From positions 61,922-125,921 of the forward strand of contig JAPLSA010000016.1 in NCBI GenBank assembly GCA_026398815.1: a DNA stretch of 64,000 nt, written 5' to 3'. A model generated the notes under the pieces. The model searched no databases, was not told the origin of the DNA, and saw only the letters and a list, made by a program, of their open reading frames with translations. Position 1 is the stretch's first letter, and every line of letters starts with the position of its first letter. This stretch comes from Gammaproteobacteria bacterium. GTDB lineage: Bacteria > Pseudomonadota > Gammaproteobacteria > Nevskiales > Nevskiaceae. The position numbers and the translations under genes are program-made. Below, piece by piece: positions 48,536-62,284 of the stretch.

Positions 48536-48748
48536 GGCGAGGGCCTGGGGTCGAGGTCGGGATGGAGGTGTCGCCATTACAGGCCCGGGACCGGCGGCTG
48601 TCTGCTATCGAGCCGTCATCGGAAGGCCAGGCCGGCCGCTGCCGACGGATCGGCCGGTCGATCGCCGCAGGCTATCTTTCGATGGGTTCCGGAACCTCGC
48701 CGCCGCCGGCCGATCTGATCCGGGTTCCCGCCGGCCAAGAGCACCGTC

Positions 48749-50176
48749 ATGCATCGTCTGAGACTGCCGTTCGAGGTGCGCGGCCAGGTGGTCAAGCTCG
48801 GCTACGGCGCCACTCTGTGGATCTCCGGCGTGATGCTGGCGCTGCTGGTGCTGCTGGAGTGGTACTCGCACCTCGGCGTGTCGCTGGGCCTGCTCTACGT
48901 GCTGCCGGTGGTGCTGGCGGCCACGGTGATGAGCCGCGCGCAGATCGTCATGGCGGCCATCGCCTGCGCCGCGCTGCGCGGCCTGTTCGTGATGAACGAG
49001 GGCCACATCGAGCAGCTGCTGCGCTTCAGCATGGCGACCATGGCGTATTCCGGCTGCGGCCTGCTGATGTCAGAGATCAGCCGCACCCGGCGCGTGGTGT
49101 TCGGCCACTACGCCCGGCTCCGCGCCGAGCAGCAGCTGCGCCGGCGCGCCGAGCGCCAGCTTCGGCTGCTGGCCGAAAGCAGCCCGGCGGCGATCCTGAC
49201 CGTGGCCCGCGACGGCCGCATCGTCGCCGCCAACCGGGCCGCCGAGGACATGCTGGTGCCGGAACCGGGCGGCGCGCTGCTCGGCCAGCCGGTGCGCGAT
49301 TACCTGCCGGTGCTGCACGACGCGCTGTCGGTCAGCGCCAGCATTGGCGGCATGCGCACCTCGACCTCCACCTGGGGCCGGCGCGCCGACGGCAGCGCCT
49401 TCCCGGCGACCATCTGGTTCTCGGTCTACGGCAGCCATGACAGCCGCCATCTGGCGGCCATCGTCGTCGACGTGTCCGACGAGGTGCGCGAGCGCGAGTA
49501 CGCCCGCTTCGAAGACCTGCACAAGTACAACCGGCTGCTGGCCGGCGCGGTGTCGCACGAGATCCGCAACCTGTGCTCGGCGGCCGGCGTGGTCTGCTCG
49601 AACCTGTCGCGGCATCCGGCCCTGCAGGACGATCCCGACTTCGCGGCGCTGCGCAGTCTCGTGCAGGCGCTGCTGGAGCTGGCCTCGTTCGACCTGCGTC
49701 GCAAGGCCAGCGCCACGATCAGCGCCATCCGCCTGCAGGCGCTGGCTACCGAGCTGCAGGTGATCATCGCGCCCGACTGGGCCGACATCGACGGCGAGGT
49801 GCGGATCGACATTGCCGCCGATTTCCCGCCGGTGCGCGGTGATCGCCACGCGCTGCTGCAGGTGCTGCTGAACCTGTCGCAGAACGCGCTGCGGGCCGTC
49901 GATGCGCGGCCCGAGCGGCGGCTGACGCTCAGCGCCCGCGTGGCCGACGGCCAGGCGGTGCTGCAGGTGCGCGATTCCGGCCCCGGCATCGCCCAGCCGG
50001 AACTGCTGTTCCAGCCGTTCCGCCCGGGTGCCGACGGCACCGGCCTGGGCCTGTACATTTCACGGGCGCTGATGAGCCATCAGGACGGCCAGCTGCGCCA
50101 TCTGCCCGGCACCGACGGCTGCTGCTTCGAACTGCTGCTGCCGCTGGCGCAGCCCGACGAGTCCGTTCATGACTGA
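48749..50176 (+). CDS. membrane-associated PAS-domain sensor histidine kinase
   Basis: N-terminal hydrophobic segments, PAS (LLAESSPAAILTVARDGRIVAANRAAEDML), H-box AGAVSHEIRNLCSA, N-box LLNLSQNALRA, G-boxes RDSGPGI / GTGLGLYISR. Confidence 0.85.
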   Translation: MHRLRLPFEVRGQVVKLGYGATLWISGVMLALLVLLEWYSHLGVSLGLLYVLPVVLAATVMSRAQIVMAAIACAALRGLFVMNEGHIEQLLRFSMATMAYSGCGLLMSEISRTRRVVFGHYARLRAEQQLRRRAERQLRLLAESSPAAILTVARDGRIVAANRAAEDMLVPEPGGALLGQPVRDYLPVLHDALSVSASIGGMRTSTSTWGRRADGSAFPATIWFSVYGSHDSRHLAAIVVDVSDEVREREYARFEDLHKYNRLLAGAVSHEIRNLCSAAGVVCSNLSRHPALQDDPDFAALRSLVQALLELASFDLRRKASATISAIRLQALATELQVIIAPDWADIDGEVRIDIAADFPPVRGDRHALLQVLLNLSQNALRAVDARPERRLTLSARVADGQAVLQVRDSGPGIAQPELLFQPFRPGADGTGLGLYISRALMSHQDGQLRHLPGTDGCCFELLLPLAQPDESVHD

Positions 50177-50804
50177 CGCCCCGGCGGCCATCCGCCTGTA
50201 CCTGCTCGACGACCACACGCTGTTCCGCGAAGGCCTGCTGCGGCTGCTGGCGGCCGACCCGCGCTTCGTCGTCGTCGGCCAGTCCGGGCTGCTGGAACCG
50301 GCGCTGGCAGAGATCGCCACGCTGCGGCCCGACGTGGTGATCGTCGACTACGAACTCGGCGCCCACACGGCGCTGGATTTCATGCGCCGCCGGCCGCAGC
50401 AGGCCGGTGCCGCGCTGGTGGTGACCGCCGGCGTGCCGGAACGCGATGCGCTGGAACTGATCCGGCTCGGCGTGTCCGGCATCTGCCGCAAGGAAGTGTC
50501 GACCGACGAGCTCAAGGCCAGCATCCACGCGGTGGCACTTGGCCAGGTGCTGATCGAGCAGCGCTACCTGCAGTCGATCGTCGCCGCCAGCAGCAGCCAG
50601 GATCGGGTCAGCTTCACCGAACGCGAACGCGCCGTGCTGCGCGGCCTGCTGCAGGGCCATTCGAACAAGCAGATCGCCCGCCAGCTCGGCAGCTCCGAAA
50701 GCGCCATCAAGGCCAGCTTCCAGCAGCTGTTCAACAAGCTGGACGTGCGCTCGCGCAGCCAGCTGGTGATGGTGGTGATCCAGCAGTACGGCGATCTGAT
50801 CTGA
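50169..50804 (+). CDS. NarL/FixJ (LuxR)-family response regulator
   Basis: REC (IRLYLLDDHTLFREGL...PDVVIVDYEL) plus LuxR HTH (FTERERAVLRGLLQGHSNKQIARQLGSSESAIKASFQQLFNKL.V.SRSQLV). Overlaps the HK stop by 8 nt. Confidence 0.9.
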   Translation: MTDAPAAIRLYLLDDHTLFREGLLRLLAADPRFVVVGQSGLLEPALAEIATLRPDVVIVDYELGAHTALDFMRRRPQQAGAALVVTAGVPERDALELIRLGVSGICRKEVSTDELKASIHAVALGQVLIEQRYLQSIVAASSSQDRVSFTERERAVLRGLLQGHSNKQIARQLGSSESAIKASFQQLFNKLDVRSRSQLVMVVIQQYGDLI

Positions 50805-50822
50805 ACGCCGGGAATCCGGAGC

Positions 50823-50843
50823 GCGGTCGCAGCAAGCGACCGC
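50823..50843. terminator. GC hairpin between convergent RR and ppnP genes (possible terminator, no U-tract)
   Basis: GCGGTCGC-agcaa-GCGACCGC, a perfect 8-bp stem with no flanking T/A run. Confidence 0.3.
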
Positions 50844-50870
50844 CGGATCACCTGATCCGCCGAGCGCGGC

Positions 50871-51155
50871 TCAGCCGAGGTATTCGCACAGGTAGGCGGC
50901 CGGGCCACCGACCGCACGCACGTCGAAGCCGCTGTTGGCGGCGACCTCGAACGAGGTGCCGGCCGGATAGCTGACCCAGCCGGAGCCAGCGATATCGGCC
51001 TGCAGCAGGCCGCTGGTGACCGTCATCCGCTCCGCCTTGGCGGTGCCGAAGTGGTACTGGCCGGGCAGGATCACGCCGACCGAGGCCGGCAGGCCATTGC
51101 GCTCGAAGCCGACGCTCTGCACGGCGCCGTCGAAGTAGGTGTTGTGCTTGAGCAT
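50871..51155 (-). CDS. ppnP: pyrimidine/purine nucleoside phosphorylase PpnP (DUF1255)
   Basis: 94 aa: MLKHNTYFDGAVQS.GFE.....ASVGV..PG.Y.FGT...E.M.V.SG.L.......W..Y.AG..F.V.ANS.F......P..YLC.Y. Confidence 0.9.
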   Translation of the reverse strand: MLKHNTYFDGAVQSVGFERNGLPASVGVILPGQYHFGTAKAERMTVTSGLLQADIAGSGWVSYPAGTSFEVAANSGFDVRAVGGPAAYLCEYLG

Positions 51156-51278
51156 GCCGCGTGACTCCTGATCCGGTGGGTGGAATGGGCGCGCATCCTG
51201 ACCGCTGCGCCGCCCCCCGGCAAGACCGTAATCAGGGTCAGATCCACATTTCCGCCGCCCGGCCGATTGCGGCCCGGC

Positions 51279-52274
51279 TCAGGCCCGCAGCGCCAGCAGC
51301 GCGAAGCTGGCCAGCCAGTGCTCGCCCATGTAGTCGCCGACCACCGCCGGCAGGCCGGCGGCCAGATGCTGCGCGGCTGCGGCCTGCATGACCACGATGC
51401 GCGGATCGCCAGCCGGCAGCGCCGCCGCCAGCGCCTGCCAGCACCAGGCGCGACTCAGGTTCAGGCCATCGAGATGGGCGATCTTGCCGTCGCTGCGGTC
51501 GCTGACCGTGGCCGGCTCGAACAGCGTCGCCGGCGCGCGCTCGGCGAGGCGCGGCAGGAAGGCAGCGAACCACGGCAGGAACTCGGCCGGCGCCAGCAGC
51601 CGCTGCATCGCCAGCGCCACGATCAGGGTCGATGACAGGAAATCGTCGCCGCCCGGCTCCCAGGCCTGGGCGTCACGATCCTGCCCATGCCAGCGCAGCG
51701 CGGCTACGCGCAGCGCGGCGCTCATCGCTGGCAACTGCGCCGTCTGCGCGTATTCCTCGGCCAGCACCAGCGCGAAAGCGGTGTTGAAGTGGGTGCCGAC
51801 CCGCACCGGATAGCGGCCAAGCGGCAGGAACTGCAGCAGCCGCGTGGCCAGGTCATCGGCCAGCGGCTGCAGCGTGTCGGCCCAGTGCGCGTCATGGCGA
51901 CGCAGCTCGGCCTGCAGCATCAGCAGCCAGGCCCAGCCATAGGGCCGCTCGAAGCCGCGATTGGCGGGCCGAGCGACGAACGCGCGCTCGCCGGCCACCG
52001 TGTCGGCGCTGAACATGGCGTCGAAGCGCGCCCGGATCGCGGCGGCTTCGGGCAGCGCCGGAAACAGCCGCAGCACGGTCGCCAGGGTCCAGTAGCCGTG
52101 CACGCAGGAGTGCCAGTCGAAGCTGCCGTGGAAGATCGGATGCAGCACGCGCGGCGGCGCCAGGTCGGCGTCGGCGGTCAGCACCTGACCGAGCTTGTAC
52201 GGGTATTCGCGGCCGACATGGCCGAGCGCGATGCCGGCGAACTGCGCGGCGCGGGCGGCATCGAGCCGGCTCAT
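51279..52274 (-). CDS. DUF2891 family protein
   Basis: A..FA.IAL.HV.REYP.K...VL........PR.LHPIFHGSFDWHSCVHGYWTLA is the motif I associate with DUF2891. Its start overlaps the DUF979 stop by 4 nt. Confidence 0.7.
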   Translation of the reverse strand: MSRLDAARAAQFAGIALGHVGREYPYKLGQVLTADADLAPPRVLHPIFHGSFDWHSCVHGYWTLATVLRLFPALPEAAAIRARFDAMFSADTVAGERAFVARPANRGFERPYGWAWLLMLQAELRRHDAHWADTLQPLADDLATRLLQFLPLGRYPVRVGTHFNTAFALVLAEEYAQTAQLPAMSAALRVAALRWHGQDRDAQAWEPGGDDFLSSTLIVALAMQRLLAPAEFLPWFAAFLPRLAERAPATLFEPATVSDRSDGKIAHLDGLNLSRAWCWQALAAALPAGDPRIVVMQAAAAQHLAAGLPAVVGDYMGEHWLASFALLALRA

Positions 52275-53221
52275 CGATAGACCACCAGCGCCATCAGCGC
52301 GATGTTGAACGCCAGCAGCGCCAGCGCGGTCGGCAACTGCGCCTTGATCACCGCATGGCGATCGTGGAGCTCGAGCAGCGCGGCCGGCACCAGGTTGAAG
52401 TTGGCCGCCATCGGCGTCATCAGCGTGCCGCAGAAGCCGGACAGCATGCCGATCGCGCCCATCGCCACCGGATCGCCGCCGTGGGCCTGCACCACCAGCG
52501 GCAGGCCGATGCCGGCGGTCATCACCGGGAACGCGGCGAAGGCATTGCCCATGATCATCGTGAACAGCGCCATGCCGAGGCCGTAGGCGACGACACTGGC
52601 ATACGGCCCGCCGATCGCCAGCCGGCCGGCCAGCTCGCCGATCACCGGGCCGACGCCGGCCAGCGCGAACACCGCGCCGAGCGCCGCCAGCATCTGCGGC
52701 AGCAGCGCTGCCCAGCCCACCGTGTCCATCAGCCGCCGGCCCTCGTCGACCGCCGCCCTCGGCGGCTGGCGCAGCAACAGCAGGCCGAGCAGCACCGCCA
52801 CGGCGGCGCCGAGCATCAGCGACACCAGCGTGGCGTGCCGGGGATCGATCAGCGGCATCTCACGCCATTGCAGACGCGGGGCCGCCAGCACGCCGGCCAG
52901 GGTCACCAGCGGGATCGCCAGCGCCGTCACCAGCAGCCCCAGGCCGCTGCCGGTGTTGCCGGCGGCGGCGGGCGTGGCGGCCGTCGCCGGCGGCCGGGCC
53001 GGGGCAAGGCCGCCGAGCCCGGCGATCAGCACCAGGGCGATCACCAGCGCGCCGTTGGCCAGATCGCCCAGCCGGTCGCCGAGCAGGAAACTGAGCGCGA
53101 ACAGGCCCCAGAACGCCGCGTGGCCCCAGCGCTTCGGGTGGCTGCGATCGCGCGCGCTGGCCAGCGCGAAGCCGGCGAACATCAGCCCGGCGACGAGATA
53201 GACGCTGCCGAGACCGATCAT
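52271..53221 (-). CDS. DUF979 family integral membrane protein
   Basis: From MIGLGSVYLVAGLMFAGFALASARDRSHPKRW (ATG 53221, ATGA overlap with the DUF969 stop). Polytopic. The 591-aa track ORF is an out-of-family upstream extension. Confidence 0.72.
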   Translation of the reverse strand: MIGLGSVYLVAGLMFAGFALASARDRSHPKRWGHAAFWGLFALSFLLGDRLGDLANGALVIALVLIAGLGGLAPARPPATAATPAAAGNTGSGLGLLVTALAIPLVTLAGVLAAPRLQWREMPLIDPRHATLVSLMLGAAVAVLLGLLLLRQPPRAAVDEGRRLMDTVGWAALLPQMLAALGAVFALAGVGPVIGELAGRLAIGGPYASVVAYGLGMALFTMIMGNAFAAFPVMTAGIGLPLVVQAHGGDPVAMGAIGMLSGFCGTLMTPMAANFNLVPAALLELHDRHAVIKAQLPTALALLAFNIALMALVVYR

Positions 53222-53913
53222 CGCGTCGCCCCGCCGGCCAGATCCGGCACCGACAGCGCGCGGCGCAGCCGCCGGTCGAAGCGATGCAGGCGGATGCCGT
53301 GGATCAGCGCCGCCGCCAGCGCGGTCGGAATCGCCCACAAGGCCAGCGCCAGCGGCGCCACGGTGACGCCGTTGCCGGCCAGGAAGCCGACGATCAGCAG
53401 GATCGAACCGATGGCGACGAACAGATCCTCGCCGAAGAACAGCGCGATGTTGTCGACCGCCGCCGCCTGGGCGCGGACCCGCTGGCGCCAGATGTCCGGC
53501 AGCGGTCCGAAGCGCGATTCGGCGGCCGCTTCGGCCATCGGCGCGATCAGCGGCCGCACCATCTGGGCATGGCCGCCGAGCGAGGTCAGGCCGAGCGCGG
53601 CGGTGATCTGGCGCAGCGTGAAATACAGCATCAGCAGACGGCCGGTGGTGGCCGAACGCAGCCCGGCGATCAGCGTCCGCGCCCGCTGCTGCAGGCCGGC
53701 GCGCTCCAGCAGGCCGATCGCCGGCAGGATCAGCCAGACCACCGAGATGTAGCGGCTGTCGTTGAACGCCTTGCCGAGCGCGGCGACCACTTCGATGATG
53801 TTCAGGCCGGCCGCCAGCCCGGTCAGCAGCGCGGCCACGACGATCACCAGCAGCGGATTGATCCGCGCCGCGAAACCGGCCATCACCACGACGATGCCGC
53901 TGAGGATCAACAT
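53218..53913 (-). CDS. DUF969 family integral membrane protein
   Basis: 231 aa: MLILSGIVVVMAGFAARINPLLVIVVAALLTGLAAG....V.ALGKAF...RY.S..W..LP.IGLLER.GL. Paired with DUF979, as is usual for these families. Confidence 0.72.
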   Translation of the reverse strand: MLILSGIVVVMAGFAARINPLLVIVVAALLTGLAAGLNIIEVVAALGKAFNDSRYISVVWLILPAIGLLERAGLQQRARTLIAGLRSATTGRLLMLYFTLRQITAALGLTSLGGHAQMVRPLIAPMAEAAAESRFGPLPDIWRQRVRAQAAAVDNIALFFGEDLFVAIGSILLIVGFLAGNGVTVAPLALALWAIPTALAAALIHGIRLHRFDRRLRRALSVPDLAGGATR

Positions 53914-54075
53914 GGACGACGGGCTCCGGACGATGTCGCGCCGGCCGGTCGCGACGACCCCGCGAGTGTGCCGTGCCGGCGATGCGAAAATCGTGCAGCA
54001 CGTCAGTGCGGTCGGCCGATCGAACGGCCCTATCGTTATAATTCACAAATCATTCACAAACGAGCGACACACACG

Positions 54076-54792
54076 ATGCCCCTGCGCCGCGGTCTTGCCC
54101 TGCTTGCCACTGCCCTGCTGCCGATCCTCGGCAGTGCCGCCCTCCCCGCGCAGGCTGCCGATGCCCAGCAGACCGGCTGGGCGGCCTGGTTCAACACCTA
54201 CAAGTTCACCGACCAGGTCGGCCTGGTGTCCGACGTGCAGCTGCGCAGCCGTGATGAATGGGCCGGCCCGCGCAACCTGCTGGTCCGCCCCGGCCTGTCC
54301 TGGTACTTCGCGCCCGGGCAGAGCCTGACGCTCGGCTACGCCTATGTCGGCACCTTCAATCCGGACGCGCCCGACGCCGTCGAGCACCGCATCTGGCAGC
54401 AGTACCTGTCGACCTACAAGATCGACCGGCTACGGGTGTCGCAGCGGCTGCGGCTGGAAGAGCGTTTCATCGGCCGGCCCAATGCGACCGACGTGCAGTC
54501 GACGCGCTTCCGCTGGTTCTCGCGGATGGTGCTGCCGCTCGACGGCAGCGCCAACTGGGTCAGCGGCCCGTTCGTGGCGCTGCAGAACGAGGCCTTCATC
54601 AACCTCAGCAACCGCGACGACCTGAACGGCAAGTTCTTCGACCAGAACCGCGCCTACATTGCCTTCGGCTGGCGGCTGAACCCGACCTCCGACGTCGAGA
54701 TCGGCTATCTGAACCAGTACATCAACGGCCGCCACCGCGACACCGTGAACCACGTGCTGCAGGTGGCGCTGTACACCAACTTCCACCGCTGA
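54076..54792 (+). CDS. DUF2490 family outer-membrane protein
   Basis: From MPLRRGLALLATALLPILGSAALPAQA signal; W..WFNTYKF.....L..D.QLRS......LLVRPGL.......SL.LGYAY..T........EHRIWQQ......RLRLEERF. Ends in an aromatic-rich strand. Confidence 0.68.
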   Translation: MPLRRGLALLATALLPILGSAALPAQAADAQQTGWAAWFNTYKFTDQVGLVSDVQLRSRDEWAGPRNLLVRPGLSWYFAPGQSLTLGYAYVGTFNPDAPDAVEHRIWQQYLSTYKIDRLRVSQRLRLEERFIGRPNATDVQSTRFRWFSRMVLPLDGSANWVSGPFVALQNEAFINLSNRDDLNGKFFDQNRAYIAFGWRLNPTSDVEIGYLNQYINGRHRDTVNHVLQVALYTNFHR

Positions 54793-54795
54793 CGT

Positions 54796-58449
<3,654 letters not shown>

Positions 58450-58461
58450 CGTTTCGACCGC

Positions 58462-60543
<2,082 letters not shown>

Positions 60544-60583
60544 TCAGGCCGGCGCGTCGGTAATCGCGCGTATCGAAGCACGC

Positions 60584-62284
60584 TCAGGCGCGCCGCTCGC
60601 GCCACCAGATGAGGCTGGCCAGCAGCAGCCAGCCAAGCCAGAACGGCAGGCGCGGCAGCGGTCGCCAGGCGCGGACGGCAGCCGCGTCGCTGTCCGGCAC
60701 CGCCGGCAGCTGGCGGGTCGCCGCGCGGTCGCGGGCGGCGCGCAGGCCGGCCGCGTCATCGGCCGCGCGGACGTACCACGGCTGCGTCGCGCCGCCGCTG
60801 TCCAGCCGCTGCCAGTCAGACGTGCCCGGCCAGACCGCCGCGCAGCGGTCGGCCGCCACCTGCAGCGGCGTGCGGCTGCCGTCCGGTCCCTGCAGCGCTG
60901 CGGCGGCGCCGAGGCCGCAGATCACTGCCCGTTCGCCAACCCAGCTGGACGCCGGCAGCTGCGGCTCGGCTGCGGCAGCCGGCCGGGGCCGGGCCAGCGC
61001 GCCGAGTGCTGTGCTCCACAGCGCGCCGTGGCGCGCGGCATCGCCGCCGAGCACCAGCCGGTAGCTGTCGAGCCAGGTCCACAGCGCGATTCGCCCGGCC
61101 CCGCGCGGCGTCCAGGCGGCCAGCAGCCGGCCATCGTCGGCGCGCAGCAGCGGCGTCAGCGCCGCCGAATCGGCCAGCGTCACCGGTGCCGCGGTGAAAT
61201 CGTGGCGCTCGCGCATCGCCAGCCGGCCGTCCAGCGTCACCGTCGGCGGCAGGTCGAGCGGCGTGGTCGGGAAGCCGAGCGCAGCCCAGTTGGCGGCGAC
61301 CTCCGGCGGCAGCGGCCCGGTCAGCTTCAGCAGCAGGCCGAGCCCGCCATCGACGGCCGCCAGCAGCGCCGTCCGCTCGCCGGCCGCCAGCGCCGCCCAG
61401 GCGCGTTCGTCGATCACCAGCAGATCGAGGCGCGCCAGCGACGCGGCTGTCAGCGCCGCCTCGGCCGGCACCAGGCCATCGGCGTTCAGCGCCACGCCCT
61501 CGCTGAGACCGGCCCGGTAGCGGACCTCCAGGCCGGCATCCTGCGCCCAGCGCCGCAGGTACTTGGCATCGGCGTCGGGCGTGGCCGCCCGGTAGGCCAG
61601 CGACAACCGCTCGCCCGGCTCGATCCGCAGCGGCACGGCGGCGTGGTCGACCAGCCGGTCGCCGGCGTCGAAAGCGCGCAGTTCGAACGGCACGGTGGCC
61701 ACCGCCCGGGCCAGCGCCGACACGCTGAACGCGCCCTGGCCGTCGACGGTCGCGACATCGACCTGCGCCCCGCCCGGCTCGTGCAGCGCCACGCGCACCA
61801 CCGGCCCGGCAACCCGGCCGCGAATCACCGGCCGGGCGCCGACCGGCACCCGGTCCGGCACTTCCAGCGCAACGATGCCGGCTTCCGGCGCGGCCTCGAA
61901 CTGCAGCGGCAAGCCGCGCGCGGCGTCCAGATCGCGCGGCGGCAGGCCGTGGCCGATCACCCGCAGCCGCCGGCTGTCGGGATGACGGCGCAGCGCGCTG
62001 GCCAGATCCGGCACCGGCTCGGCGCGCGCCGGCGCAGCCGCGCCCGGCAGCGCCACCAGCGGCGCCAGCCACGGCAGGCCGCGCCGCTGGGCCGCCGTGG
62101 CGCCCGGCGTCAGCACGGTCAGGGTACCGACCGCCACCGGCAGCGACGGCGGCGCGAGGCTCGCCGCCAGCAGCAGTGCCATCGGCAGCGGCAGCCAGCG
62201 GCGCGGGTCCCGCCACGGCAGCCGGCGGTAGTGCCAGAGGCCGAGCAGCGCCATCGCGGCGACCAGCAGCAGGGCGACGTTCAC
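60584..62284 (-). CDS. membrane protein with GATase1-like (DUF1355/ThuA-like) domain, Bat/MoxR-operon type (tentative)
   Basis: N- and C-terminal TM helices. LDLLVIDERAWAALAAGERTALLAAVDGGLGLLL resembles the D.vil.D.....l......L..fV..GGGL block of aerotolerance-type membrane proteins. 4-nt overlap with the upstream gene. Confidence 0.45.
   Translation of the reverse strand: MNVALLLVAAMALLGLWHYRRLPWRDPRRWLPLPMALLLAASLAPPSLPVAVGTLTVLTPGATAAQRRGLPWLAPLVALPGAAAPARAEPVPDLASALRRHPDSRRLRVIGHGLPPRDLDAARGLPLQFEAAPEAGIVALEVPDRVPVGARPVIRGRVAGPVVRVALHEPGGAQVDVATVDGQGAFSVSALARAVATVPFELRAFDAGDRLVDHAAVPLRIEPGERLSLAYRAATPDADAKYLRRWAQDAGLEVRYRAGLSEGVALNADGLVPAEAALTAASLARLDLLVIDERAWAALAAGERTALLAAVDGGLGLLLKLTGPLPPEVAANWAALGFPTTPLDLPPTVTLDGRLAMRERHDFTAAPVTLADSAALTPLLRADDGRLLAAWTPRGAGRIALWTWLDSYRLVLGGDAARHGALWSTALGALARPRPAAAAEPQLPASSWVGERAVICGLGAAAALQGPDGSRTPLQVAADRCAAVWPGTSDWQRLDSGGATQPWYVRAADDAAGLRAARDRAATRQLPAVPDSDAAAVRAWRPLPRLPFWLGWLLLASLIWWRERRA

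Noticed and set aside
53222-54046. N-terminal 275 codons of the 591-aa ORF 52271..54046
   Set aside because: This part overlaps the DUF969 gene in another frame. The DUF979 protein starts at ATG 53221 with an ATGA overlap to the DUF969 stop.
53284-54075. Upstream 264 codons of ORF 53284..54792
   Set aside because: It is antisense to DUF969. The real DUF2490 protein begins with a signal peptide at ATG 54076.
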